From assembly GCA_044892525.1 (NCBI GenBank), contig CM097885.1, positions 35,836,001 through 35,900,000 on the forward strand: a DNA stretch of 64,000 bases. The letters run 5' to 3'. Under the pieces are notes generated by a model. The model was not told where the DNA came from. It saw only the letters and a program-made list of their open reading frames with translations, and searched no databases. Position numbers and translations under genes: made by a program. How positions within the stretch are numbered: the stretch's first letter is position 1; each line of letters opens with the position of its first letter. This DNA is from Schmidtea polychroa (taxonomy: Eukaryota). Below are positions 35,330 through 48,700 of this stretch, one piece after another.

Positions 35330-36242
35330 TTATTTGGTGGTATGAAAAATTCTTTAAATTTGTGATGGTTTAATGCACGAGATCTTATAAAATTTATGGT
35401 TGACACTACTATGTTCATAACACTATCGAATTTTAATTGTTTTATACAGAAATTTTCAATAGGCAAAAGGTGTCCATCAGTTGCTATGCCGCTAAGTTTG
35501 GCAAGTGGAAGTTTATACTTTTCCAAAGTCTCATGTACTGCTTGCTAGATATCTGAAGCTGTTGTTATTCTTTTCATGCTGACCAAGTCTATTAATTCTT
35601 CGGTTACGATCAATTCTGTATTCACGCCATTTACAAAAATTGCAAGTTATGCAGTATCAGAGTTATTCGTGGATTCATCCAAACAAATAGAAAATATTCA
35701 TAAGTTATTATATTATTAGCTATATTATTAGTTATATTATTAGCTATGTTTGATTTAATTGCTCACGATATTTTCTGCCATTTCTTCAATTCAACTACTC
35801 ATAGTATACCGCGATAAATTACTAAATAGATTTTTTTTTCAGGACAAATTATTCCAGCGGTTATTCTGAAACATTCTTTTATTAAACTATCGTCAGAAAA
35901 TAAAGGTTTCTTAGCTAAATCTTGGCTCATTTCATATGTAGCTCTTTTACAAACCTCCTCATCAGTCGACAGTTTGTAAATAAACTCGGTTGTCCCATCT
36001 AGCTATTTTGCATTATATTTAACTTGTCTTTTCATAACTGACCTGTAAACTTTTCATATTTTTTCGTGTTTTTGCATGTAGTGACGTTTAATATTGCATT
36101 TTTTCACCGCGGCATGCTTCGCAGAACAAATTATGCAAAAAGATGAACTTTTGTGATTAATAAAAAATCAGTCATTTGTCCCAGAATCATTGAATGTCCT
36201 ACTTTCATCTTGAATTGTTCGTTTTTGTTTTAATAATGTCAT
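35330..36242 (-). pseudogene. hAT transposase remnant of the SPIN/GTF2IRD2 type
   Basis: CIICSAKHAAVKKCNIKRHYMQKH (BED-like zinc finger), FSICLDESTNNSDTA*LAIFV, EELIDLVSMK..TTASDI, KLSGIATDG, VMNIVVSTINFIRSRALNHHKFKEF; many stops and deletions. Confidence 0.8.
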
Positions 36243-39200
36243 TTATGGGTTCTACAAAGAAATTTTATAAAAAGAAGTAATAATGTTGAAATTAATTTTA
36301 TGAGAATAACAATTTTAACTTACTTTTTCATTCTAACAGTATGAATTGTACTGCACTAAATATAAAATACACAATCTAGTTAGCAAAATAAATTTTAACT
36401 TGTACTATTATATTTTTATAACTTGTATTATTATATTTTTACATTATCAGTCGATCAATACACAATTATTTGTAATAAATTAATTTGCTAAAACAAAACT
36501 AGTATAATAAAAAATGATTCTAAATGTTTGCTCTTCAAAGATCTTTCGTAAATAATGATGCTCGTCTAACAAATTTCTATTGGTGTGGTACCAACCTAAT
36601 AAGTAAATCTAATGCATTCGAGTAGCAAGTAGACAGCAGAAAAGCGCGCTCATAATCAATCCTGTCGAAATATTCCAAACGTAGTATCGATATGTTGGCT
36701 TTTATTAATTCAAGTCCGTAACTCCTGACTCCACTAGTCTCTTTAATTGAAAATCACAACCAACAAATTACCCAACGTGTATTTGAATCACAAAAATATA
36801 TTTCTCTCAACACAAAATAATCAATAACCAAAATTTTATGAGTTTGACCGAACTTCCGCTCGGTGTTGATGCCTTGACAAAAGCTAATATTCACTTGTTT
36901 ATTCACTACCTTCTTTTGACCAACTCTTTTCTTTTTATATATGATTTAATTCCTTTTCACTTTTCTAAGCATCTCCTGATTCTATCTTTTCGTTTTCCCT
37001 AAACTTCCTATTTTGTCTTCTCCATTTTCCTACTTTTGATTTCTTCGAATTTTCCATTCCTTATATTTTTCGATATCAGGATGACAAATGGTTATTGCCG
37101 AGCCAATCTCTCTCCTGACATTCGACACCACATATCTGCTTCGGTTGTCACCCAGAATGATCCGAAGAACAAAGATAATTAATGGCCCATACGGGCCTTT
37201 CTCCACGCAATATCCTTTTCTTGGTCTTCTCCCATTAATCATTGTGACTAGATAATGAACCTAAATTTTCCTACTGTCTATTTTTCTATTTGTTTACCCA
37301 ACTCGGGATTTCTTTCTACTGGTTAATTAATTAATTAATTAATTAATTTCAGTTTCTTGTTTTTCATTTTTTACGCACCTTTTCGCACTCTTCCAAGCAC
37401 TTTCTGAAAATTCTGTTTTTACTATGTATTTCCTCGCTACCGGTTCTTCCATGACTAATTTTTCAGATTTTAATTCGAATTTATGAATCTTTATCGATTT
37501 TCCTCAATTCACTTTTTTTGGTGCTTTTCCCATATACTGATGTACCTTTTCGAACCTTTCTACCCATTTTATTTCTTCGCGTTTTCGATTCTCTCCCTGA
37601 CGATTCATATACTTCTCTCATTCCTTTAATTACAAATATAATTTAATTTTACTTTTAATTATTTTATAACCTCAGCAGATACAACAATTATTCAAATTTC
37701 GATAAAAGGACGACATTAATTATAACACTAATGTACTTATAAAATAATTATTATTTGATGAAATTATAACAACTTTTGTAAATTAATATGATTTTAAATC
37801 GCTTGGGCAGAAAGTGCTTACTTTTTCCACTGCTTACAGCAGGAAAAGTCACGCTTCAGCTTCTTGGCATATAAAATATAACACGCAACTCGGAGAAAGT
37901 ATTTTTAAACTCGTGGTGTCGCAACCTTCGTCTGCTGTTCGAATAACAATTTTCACACTAGTCCAAAAAAATTTCTCCCTAGTTACGTAAATAACTATTG
38001 AATTAATTTTAATTGCATTAGGATTAGAAAAATGGTGGAACACAACATCACTATTAGAACATCTTTGATTTAGAATCTAAAATTAGTAAAATTATAGAAT
38101 TTATAAATTAAAATTTTTAAATATGTCCAATTTAAATATAAATTATAAATTGTAAAACTTTAAGTCTTAAATTGCAAAATAGAATTATAAAATTTATTGA
38201 ATGTTATTTAATTATTAATTTAATTCTGAAGATGCTCAATTGTTTATTTACTCTACTTTAATTTTTGTCGAATCTATTAATTTTAAACTTTTACATTATA
38301 CAAATTAATATTTTTTTTCATATTTAAAACTGTAAATTTAATCATGTATGTCATTATATTATTTCATTCTTTTTAATAAATATAATTATTTTTTATTTAA
38401 ATTTTTTAATGAGTATCTTATTTAATGTCAAATTAGATCTATTATTTAAATTTCATAATATTTTACTGGCTTTTTTATATATTATTTTTTTAGTGAGTGC
38501 AACATAAAGATTATGTGCATTTGTCTACCTAATGGAAAATTCAATTTCAAGTAATTTCATTTTTATAATTTTATTTAATGAAATCTTTATTTATCTAAAT
38601 TATAGTTTACACATAAAATCATTTCATTTATTCATTTATTCATAATATTTAGATTTTAAACGATTTTTAAACTTCAAAAGTTGTTTACCTAAAAAGTAAT
38701 ACAGTTTAAATCTTTTAATATTTTATACAATGATTATTATTTTTAATGTTATTTTATTAACACGCATAATTGGCCGATAAATAGCTAAAGCCTAATAAAA
38801 ATATGAATTAATATAACATTTTTATCTAATGATTTGTTGTGATTTTATTCAAATTTATATGAAATATTTTTACAAAATAATATATTGATATAGAAATCTG
38901 AATAATTTTTTAATTAAGTATTATTCTGTAGTGCATTGATTTCATTTTGTTTAATTTTTGCACATTTTCGGCAAATAAACTCAATAAACACCAATCCTTA
39001 ATATTTGTTTGAATTTTCTAAGCCCACTGAAAAAATAAATTATGTCGTTTTAGACGCAGGCTTTCTGTCCGTGGCTCCATTTCTTTTTTCTAACCAAATA
39101 GACAGTGATCATAATGTCATAAATCTCCCTTTGCATGTAGCGTGATAAGACTATATCTTTCAATACATTCGTGGCATTTATTCTAAAAGAGGTGAGGTTC

Positions 39201-39897
39201 TAGAAATTGTCAAAAATAGAGTTAATCTTCATAATAACCTATTGACATTGGATTAGAACATATATTTGATCAATAATGTTGAAATTTAATTTATTCAAAT
39301 CCTCTGCCTAGGTGATATGGTCGACCTATGAGAGTTTATTATTAGTTACTAATGAAAAGTAAATTATCCCTCTCTGACAAATTCGAATTATTATCATATT
39401 AACAAGTGATTTAATAATAAAGAAGTAAAGAAAATTAACAATTGTTATCGTGGCTAACGGTAATTAGTGAACCCGGAAATTATTTTTGAAAATCCAGGAT
39501 TTATATAGTGTTTTGAAAAAAAGTGCAATAAAAAATAAAAACACGGAAAAACTTTCTGCAAATTCAATTTTTTAAAAATTTATCTTCTTATTTCCAATTA
39601 TTTGTACCAAATAAGAGACGATTTGCGCATTGATGTTCATATTGAATACAAGTGCAGATATTTTAATTAAAAACTCGCAAAAGTAGATATAATAGTTATA
39701 AAGGAATTGTACGTTTTCTAGATGCCATAGATATTTATAATGCCAAGTGGAAGATTATTGCTAGTCGAATGGAGATTTCCAGTTGTTTGAACGATCTGTT
39801 TTCTGATTTTCGAACTTTTATGAAATGCAAAAACGACTGAGTAATCGTATACACTATTTATACATTATAAATATCCTTGTTATATATTCCTATAAAG

Positions 39898-40633
39898 CAG
39901 TCTTTCCCAAAGTGGGCGATAACGCTCCCTTGTGGCGTTTGAGACCTAGAGGGGACGTTAAAGGGCCCAGAAAAAAATGGGGAGCATTGACGTGGGTTAA
40001 GAGGGCGATGGTAGATTTGTAATTTCATTTACTTTATATTTTAAATTTCACACAATAACGAATAATTAGTTTATATTTCTACCCTGTATGATGGTATAAA
40101 AACTTAAGATTTCGTAGGATAGCCCGCACGCCGTACGCAATCAAGTTGTAACAAGTTTCTGTTAAATAACACTATTGGAGCTATCCGGTAGCAATCGGGT
40201 GGTTCATCGATACTTGTCCTAACTTGCTCAGTACGATTGAGCGTCGAAAGAGATATTTATATATTATATAACCTCCTTTTTTACTAATCACTAAATTCCT
40301 TATTAGTACCATCATTACCTATCTTGATCATCACTTTCCATATTTGTTAATTATTCCCCATCTGGGAATCACTTTCCTTTTCTGATCAATCAGATTNNNN
40401 NNNNNNNNNNNNNNNNNNNNNNNNNNNNNNNNNNNNNNNNNNNNNNNNNNNNNNNNNNNNNNNNNNNNNNNNNNNNNNNNNNNNNNNNNNNNNNNNNNNN
40501 NNNNNNNNNNNNNNNNNNNNNNNNNNNNNNNNNNNNNNNNNNNNNNNNNAATTGAAAAAAAAATCCAGGGGGCGCTGATTAATATTTTTTGTGGAAAGGG
40601 GGGCGGTAGATAAAATAAGTTTGGGAACCAATG
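39898..40633. mobile_element. hAT (Charlie/Buster-like) MITE with 8-bp TSD
   Basis: CTATAAAG|CAGTCTTTCCCAAAGTGGG ... AAGTTTGGGAACCAATG|CTATAAAG. Confidence 0.85.
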
Positions 40634-43600
40634 CTATAAAGATATAAAAACAATAAACTTATTCCACTAACTCTATTCTTGATTTCTCTTTAATGAAATT
40701 AATTGTTTTAATATTACAAAAACGAACGTATACATTTTAAAAATTGAAGCATCACTATCATCCTTGTAAAATTGGCACTCTTTCTTAATGCGTTTAAAGC
40801 TATAAATATATTTATTTTGAAGTCAGAATTATTTCGATTAAAGAGAAGGTGAATTCGGTACTTTTATGATTTTCATGATTTGATTTTTACGATCGTATAA
40901 ATTACATGGCCAATGAATTAGGAGTGTACTTAATATATAAAAATTGCATTCAGGAGTCAAAAGCTTATGGATAAATTGATTTCCATCAAGATTTTGTCTT
41001 TAATTTTCTAGTACTCTCTACTTTTTTAAAATATAAAGCGAATTACACTTATGAATTTTTCAAAGATTGATATTCATATTAACAGTGTATTACATGACAG
41101 AAAGATGAGGAAAAATCTCAAACTGAATGAGCATTATTATTTATCTAATAATATACACCGACAACATGGGCTTTTTATTTATTTTTTTTTTTAATTTTAC
41201 CATATTTAGTTTCATTATATTTTCCCTTTTACTAAAATTGAACTAAAGAATGTAATTATGAATTTCTTTTAATGACTTTCGAATTTCTTTAAAAAGAGAT
41301 CCCTGTAGTTGCCAGGCAAGTTGATGTATGGATGATTAAATTAATTAATCGTCTTTGACAAATTCCTCCAGAAACAGATGCATCTTATTAATATTTAATT
41401 TCTTTGGTGCGATTTTATATAAACAAATAAAGTAATATAAACTGAGATCAGTTAGTATCCAAAGAATCATGCGGTAGGTGGCAGAGTTGAATTTAACAAA
41501 GAGAATTGTTCTATCTAAACAAAACTTTCTGTGATTCCGGTTTCCAGTAAATTACAAAAGTTCACCTAATTAATTCATATTTCAACTCTATCTTTATAAT
41601 GAATTCTCAAATGAATAATTGTTACTGACTCATTTCAATTTCAAGATCAAAATGAGGTTATTATTCATTTCAATTGTAACATAATTATTTATGTTATTAC
41701 TCATTATTTTGCATTTAGATAAAAAATAGAAAAATATTTCCTAATATTGAATTTGAGTGCTCTAATTTTAATTTATCGCTATTTTTTAAACTTTTTTGGA
41801 TTTTTGGTGAAATGACATCAATTTTGTATGCTTGTTTTGATCGGGTCAAGGTTTTATGGAAATGATTCATTTTCTTTGACAAGACTGTTTTATTTCAATA
41901 AGTAGAATCGCAAAATTATGATATATTGTATGTATCAATACCATTTCTTATTCAATTCTCACAATTGTAGCTATTTTACAACACTAGTGACAGAATTACA
42001 ATGAGTTAATTATCTACAATCCTTGTGACCATATATTATAAGTTTTGTATCATTAATACAATAGGTATAATGTATAAAATAACTTTATGAATTTTTTGCA
42101 AAAACCATGTAAATTACCAGGTTGTGACCCATCTTCCTTTCTCATAATATTATAATCAAATAATAAAAAACTAAAGGAAAAAAGCTTCAGCTTTCAGTGA
42201 TGAAAATTATAATTTCTTAAAAATTTAAATTGTGTTTATAGCAAATGTTATAATTTTTCATACAATCTGATTTTTAACCCAATATTATTTTGATTATAAC
42301 ATTATAAAAACCTAAGTATATTAAAATCAACGAATTTAGGTAGTAGGTTGTTTTAATTGGTTCATGACAGCCAGTTCAAATAATAAAAATTAAAAAATTT
42401 TGATTATTGTCTTTATTGCAAAAACATATATTAAGTAAAATGAAATTAGCTAACATTAAATACACAACAAAGACTTTTAATTTAGTTTTTCTTCTATAAA
42501 ATTTCTTTCGTCTTAAAAATTCCTCTTTTTTAAAGTTACACCTAGATCGATTTCTTATACAAACTTTAGACTAGTCTCAATCAGTTTAAAGTCTTCAGTT
42601 AGTTTTCCAACTTACATTGAAATGATGCGTTTTGATTCACCCACTTCAGCTTCATTGACAGTCTTATTGTATGAATTTCTAGTGTGATCTCTTGCTTATG
42701 GAACTCTATGAAATTCCTCAAGTTTTAGCAGGATGATTGAAAACTAGAAAAAGAATTACTAATTACCATATGCTAATATTAAAATGTTGAAGTATTTTCT
42801 ATGATTTAGTAAACAGGAAGCATTCTTCTTAATTTAATTTAAGTTCCGTCAAATTTCCAGTATCTTGTGGATTTTATAGTTTGTTCTGATTTACAATTAT
42901 GTATAAACTTGGCACTGTTTATCAAATCATGAAAATAATTTCTAATTATATTTCAATTAGATAAAATTTTGTTAGATGTTCGATTTTTTGTTTTTGCTTA
43001 ACCGTTATTATGCCAAATTTGTTTTCATTATTCTACTGTCAATATTAAAAATAAAAGATGATTATTTCGAATGCTCAACTAAATTGATAAAAATTCATTT
43101 CCTCATATATTTAATAAAAATAAGGTCAGTAAAAGATGTACTCTTTTTTGCTATGGGATAATATGAAAGGAAGAAATTTAAACAAAAACATTAAGAAATG
43201 AAGGAAATTTTGTATTGACCTAATTTATTGAAAATTTGCAAGTCAATCAGGCTTTTAGTGACATAATGACATAATTATTTGGAAAACGATCCTTTACAAA
43301 TACAACTTTCCTTTTCCCAGTACTTTTGTGGTCCACGCGCATCTTTTTTGTTAATGTTTTACTTTAAGTATTCAATCTTTAGTAAACTATTTTGTTATTT
43401 TCTTTTTATTAAAGTCGTAATTCATTTGTTTGGCTTCATTTTTCCAGTTACTCATAGATATAACCTTTGCAAACTTAAATGCTCGATGAATATACTTTTT
43501 GCCGCTTGGCACAATAAGTTATTGTAACGGTGACGATACAAAATAAAATATTAGTTAAGCTCTCATTCAGTAATGGAATAATTTCATTCATAAAATTGAT

Positions 43601-43755
43601 AATTTTCTTTACAAAATTGATATGAAGTTATGTATATCTAGACATAATGCTTCTTGAATTCCCTGAAAGTTAGATAAAATTGAATTATTGAAAAACTATA
43701 CGTTCGCCTTTTTAATCTCCGAGTCTCAAAAATCATATTTTTCCTATTTTAAATA

Positions 43756-43968
43756 CCGTATTAGCCCGAATATAACGCGACCTCGAATTTAGAAAAAAAT
43801 ACTCATAAAAAATTAAAATTAATGGATATCCAATCAGTCAAGCGTTTGGTTAGGTAATTAAAAGAAATACATAGGTTATATTCATGACAATAAATTTAAT
43901 TAATTTAAACCAAAATTGAATAAAATTAAAATGTTAAAAATTGTCGCGTTATATTCGGGCTAATATGG
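43756..43968. mobile_element. Tc1/pogo-type MITE with TA TSD
   Basis: TA|CCGTATTAGCCCGAATATAACGCGAC ... GTCGCGTTATATTCGGGCTAATATGG|TA. Confidence 0.85.
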
Positions 43969-44518
43969 TAAATATACAATTGAGACATAATTTATATTGA
44001 ATATTTGCACATTAACGTCAAAATTGATTGTTAAATTGTGCTTGCTGATAAAAACTGAAAGTAGAGTACTTACATATTATCATTTCATTTTTTGAATTTT
44101 ATCTAATTCTTATGTTTAAAATTTTTTTACTACAGTATTCTTTCAATTTCTTTTATATCCGACAGAAACTAACGCCGATATTTCTAGTAGAAGGTTACTA
44201 ATTAAACTTGTACAAAATGTAACATTTTAAATGTTGCCTAGTAAAAAAAACAAAGATGCATATTTTTTAGTACAATAAAATCAAGGAAACTTGTTTTAAC
44301 TACTTTGTTGAATTAAAAATCTTTTCTATTTCGGAATTAAATCAACGACGTCATGATTAGAAGTAAGAAAGATGAAGTTATTAGAAGTTCAATATAAAAC
44401 CTCTTTAAAAATTTTAAATATTTACAACATTTGACGTCTATTTACATTTAATTTCGAAATTTTCAATATATGTATAGCCATTTATGGGTTTCTGGCATTT
44501 TAAAAATATAAAAATTTT

Positions 44519-44934
44519 GGTAGGACCCGGGTTTGGGAGGGGGCAAAAGAATATAAAAACATTAAAAAAAAGTTATTTGAGTTTATTTATTCTTAAATAC
44601 AGTTCAAATCTTTCATAAACATTAGAAGCACATTGGTTTTTTTCCATGAATATTCGATTAAGATGTTTTAAGATGTTTAAGATGTTTTATTTGGACGACT
44701 GATCACACCAATTATCCAATATCTTTCCTCGGCTAGGATCCTCTATCTTCCATCTCGTCAATTTCAGCAATCTCACCTGGTCCACCAATTTTTCCGACCA
44801 GTTTAGTTACATCAACTCTATCCATGCATAAGATAAACTTGTTAATAAAGTTATTAAGGGATTGAAAAAATAAGTAAAATAATTAATTTTTATGTTTTTA
44901 TTTTTTTGCCCCCACCCCAAACCCGGGTCTTACC
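44519..44934 (-). mobile_element. Internally deleted Merlin (IS1016/ISXO2-like) element
   Basis: TSD AAAATTTT on both sides. TIRs GGTAGGACCCGGGTTTGGG / CCCAAACCCGGGTCTTACC. Internal minus-strand KIGGPGEIAEIDE and WIIGVISR match Merlin IGGPG.IVEIDES...WV.G..ER. Confidence 0.8.
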
Positions 44935-45555
44935 AAAATTTTAATTAAAAAATAGCAATGTAATAAGAGCACCCCCACATATAAAAGTGTGAATACAGTG
45001 TCAAAGTTACACTTATGAAAAATATTTCATAACAATCCAATTCCATTTATCATTATTCAGATTTCGAAATCTAAATGAAGATAAATGAAATTATAAAAGA
45101 AACAAAACATCAAAGATGAACAAAATGATAAATAAAATATAAAAAATGAACAAGTGAACTAAATAATTGTGATTAGATTTCCCATCAACAGGGTAAAATG
45201 CAATGCGAATTTGATTTAATTCACCTAATAAATAGATCATTGCGCATGATTATTCATAATTATTTTGTTTTCTATTCTACTTGTTATTATTTTATGAAAG
45301 TGAAATAGATCATAATAAAAATCACATATTTTTCACTAGCTCAGGACCGAGAGATCAGATTTGTAACTGATGTATTTTGATGAATTAATCATTGAATAAT
45401 TTGTTCAGATTGATTTCTAATGTGTTTTTCAATATATATCATAATTTTGTTAGAGTAATTAAAAAATAATGAAAAAATATTATTTTTTTATCTTACAATG
45501 ATTATATAATTTGGAATATAATTATTATATATTTATTTTTTCCAAAAATTTCAAG

Positions 45556-45612
45556 TCTTGAATACACAGATGGGAAAAACAATGAACCGATTAACCGCGT
45601 AATTCGAGGGTA

Positions 45613-45701
<89 letters not shown>

Positions 45702-48700
45702 GATATTCAATCTTTAAAACTGATAATGATAAATTCGTTTTCTCATTACATGTAAAATCATTATAAAGGAACAATTTTATAATTTTCAATTGATACGGAT
45801 TCCCTGAATTTCGTGATTAGAAACTGACAAAATTCCCTTGTAACAAAATATAACATTAATAAAATTACACATCTTTATTATTTCATGTTATAATATTATT
45901 TACATAAAAGCGGGTTTGCGGGACTGATTTTTGTCTGTGTTTAACAAATGTTATATTCAATGTGATTTGATTTATTTTTTCGAAATTTTTAATATTGTTT
46001 GCAACAATTCCTGAGATTATGTCAATCATTTTCAATTATATTCAGATTTTCTCGATCATATCCATGTTTGAGGAAAAAAGATTCTAAACACAAAAATAAT
46101 TTAACTCTAATAAGCGAGTCAAGTGAAGAAGAAGAAATTCCTAGTAAAAATGCCATTTTAATAAATGGAAATGGAGTTAAGAAAAGCGAGTATGGACAGG
46201 TTAGTGATTAAATTGATCGTGCCATTGTTATTATAAGAAATATTGCATAACGGATTCAACATTGCATAATAATGTTGAGCTGTTATTTGTGTTGCATAAA
46301 TCACTTGCACAATTACACTTAATCACGCGATTTCATTGTGATTGGTTGATTGTCTTAAATATAATTGTTAGTATATCGGCAAAATACTAGGCTTAATATA
46401 TTGATTATTTCGTAGTANNNNNNNNNNNNNNNNNNNNNNNNNNNNNNNNNNNNNNNNNNNNNNNNNNNNNNNNNNNNNNNNNNNNNNNNNNNNNNNNNNN
46501 NNNNNNNNNNNNNNNNNNNNNNNNNNNNNNNNNNNNNNNNNNNNNNNNNNNNNNNNNNNNNNNNNNNNNNNNNNNNNNNNNNNNNNNNNNNNNNNNNNNN
46601 NNNNNNNCACGGTGGATAGGTACCGTGTAAAAAAAATCGTGTAAAAAAATCGTGTAAATTTAAATAAATCGTGTAAAAAAAACCGTGTTAAAAATAATGT
46701 AAAAAAATTACTAACAAAGAAAAAAAAAGCATTTTCGTAGATTAGATCCAATAACAGCAGAATTAAGAATTTTTTTTTATTTAATAACAATAGTTTAGAA
46801 AAATAAGCATATTCAATGTATATATGTATAGACATTACGAAAAAATAAATTTATAATTAACAATTTAACAAAAAATAATCTTTTAATCACTGTCAGTGTC
46901 TGAAGAAATACGTATGCGCTTTCTTGAGACTGGTTTAAAATTGATTTCACATTCAGATTCCTCGCTCGAAATTTTAGGTTCTTTATTTTCATACAGAAGC
47001 TGTGAAGTCAATGAAGTCAATTTATTCGTTATAACAGAAACATACATATTATTAATTATGACACCGCTATCAATTTATATTATACGTTTGTAATTTGATA
47101 ATAGAATCTTTATTGCGTAAATTAAGAATGACGGATTCAAATCAATTAATAAGCGGACTATTAAAAGGCCTTTTAGACTTTATACAGGATTAATCTAATT
47201 TGTCGAATGTAAGGAGTTATAATTGTAAAATATACATTCCGTTATGCATTTAAACGTCTTTATAAGAACAAAGTTATTCGATATGCTGGTCACTTAGTAC
47301 ATGCTTAATAGTTTAGTTTGAAAATTTTATGTTCATTTTTGACTGTTTGACCTCAGCATCATCGACCTTTATTTAAAGTTTTTGAAGACAATTGAAAAGC
47401 AATTTAAAAAAAAATTATATTTGATAAAAAACAACAAATCAAAATAGTAAATATTTTGAAAAAAGAATATATGTGAATAATTAACAACATTTACTGTATT
47501 TCAAGTTAAAGTGAATGCTATAACGGACAAATTTCCAATGTTATATAAAGGCTTACAGTACATTTTTATAATATTTAAATAAAATATATTCCGACAAATT
47601 TATTTATAAACAAACGAAAATAGGGAAGTTCAACAATAACTATATATTTGTGATAATATCATAAAGATTTGCAGTCTCTAATTCAAAATAATAACATTTT
47701 TAAGTATCCCCAAATTTGCCTGAAGATGAAGCATAACTGGGAAAATTCAAAACAGTTTAACATAGATAAAAATTATAAAGCGCTCGAAAATGAGTAAAAA
47801 TCTGAGATTTATTTAAATGCCATATTAATTAAATTTTTTATGAAAAATTCCCCTATGTGAATTGTATAATTATCCTTTAACATTAAAAAATTTATCTCAT
47901 TTCTTATGAATGATGAGTCGAATGAGTCAATACCAGAAATTTTTGTACAATAATTTTACCGGTGGGATATTATTATCTTATCATGAAATTTTGTTGAAAT
48001 ACAATTTAATAATTGCCAGAAAATGAAATCTGGCTCATGTAAAAGCAACATTTTTGGAAATGAAATTCGAAATTTCAATTGGTTTCTGGCAGATTGGTCA
48101 GTTTTCCCAATCCCAGGATTAATTGCAGTTTTCTGATTCACCATGTGTTGTATGAATTTGGTTTTTATTTATCTTTTCCATATGGTGATAATTGAAAAAT
48201 CTCATCAATTTATTCATATATAATTATAGGTCATTATTTGTGGTTTTAATAGATCTCTTTGTAATTTAATCAATTCTTTTTCATTATTATTTTTGATTTA
48301 GTAAGGAAAATTGCTTGAGAAACACATTAGGTTATCAAGTCAGATTCAATTTTCTACATTGTATGCTTAAAAGCATATTTGAAATTGTTATTTCAATCAT
48401 TGACTATGTATAAGTATTGTTAGCATATATAAGCATTTTTATTTTTTATTAATATCTGGATAAATTTATAGTTTATCTAATAAGCATAATAAAATTTATA
48501 AATGATAATAATGATAATTTTTAACGATATTTTGTATTTCTATTAATTTTGGTATTTGTGAGTAGGGTAAAAATAAAACAAAAAGAAATCTTTAAAATAT
48601 ATTAAATGTAAACATTAAAATTTACAATGATTAAGGCTATGCTATAACGGAAAATTTCTATCAATAAAAACTCAACGTCTTGTTATACATTTGTATTTTA

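Noticed and set aside
36840-37620. Possible gag or retroelement remnant
   Set aside because: No zinc knuckle, protease or RT motif could be supported; stops in all frames.
33513-46417. Inverted pair as the TIRs of the Maverick that encodes PolB
   Set aside because: polB lies outside the pair, the enclosed 11.6 kb has no Maverick genes, and the repeat contains a host-type exon.
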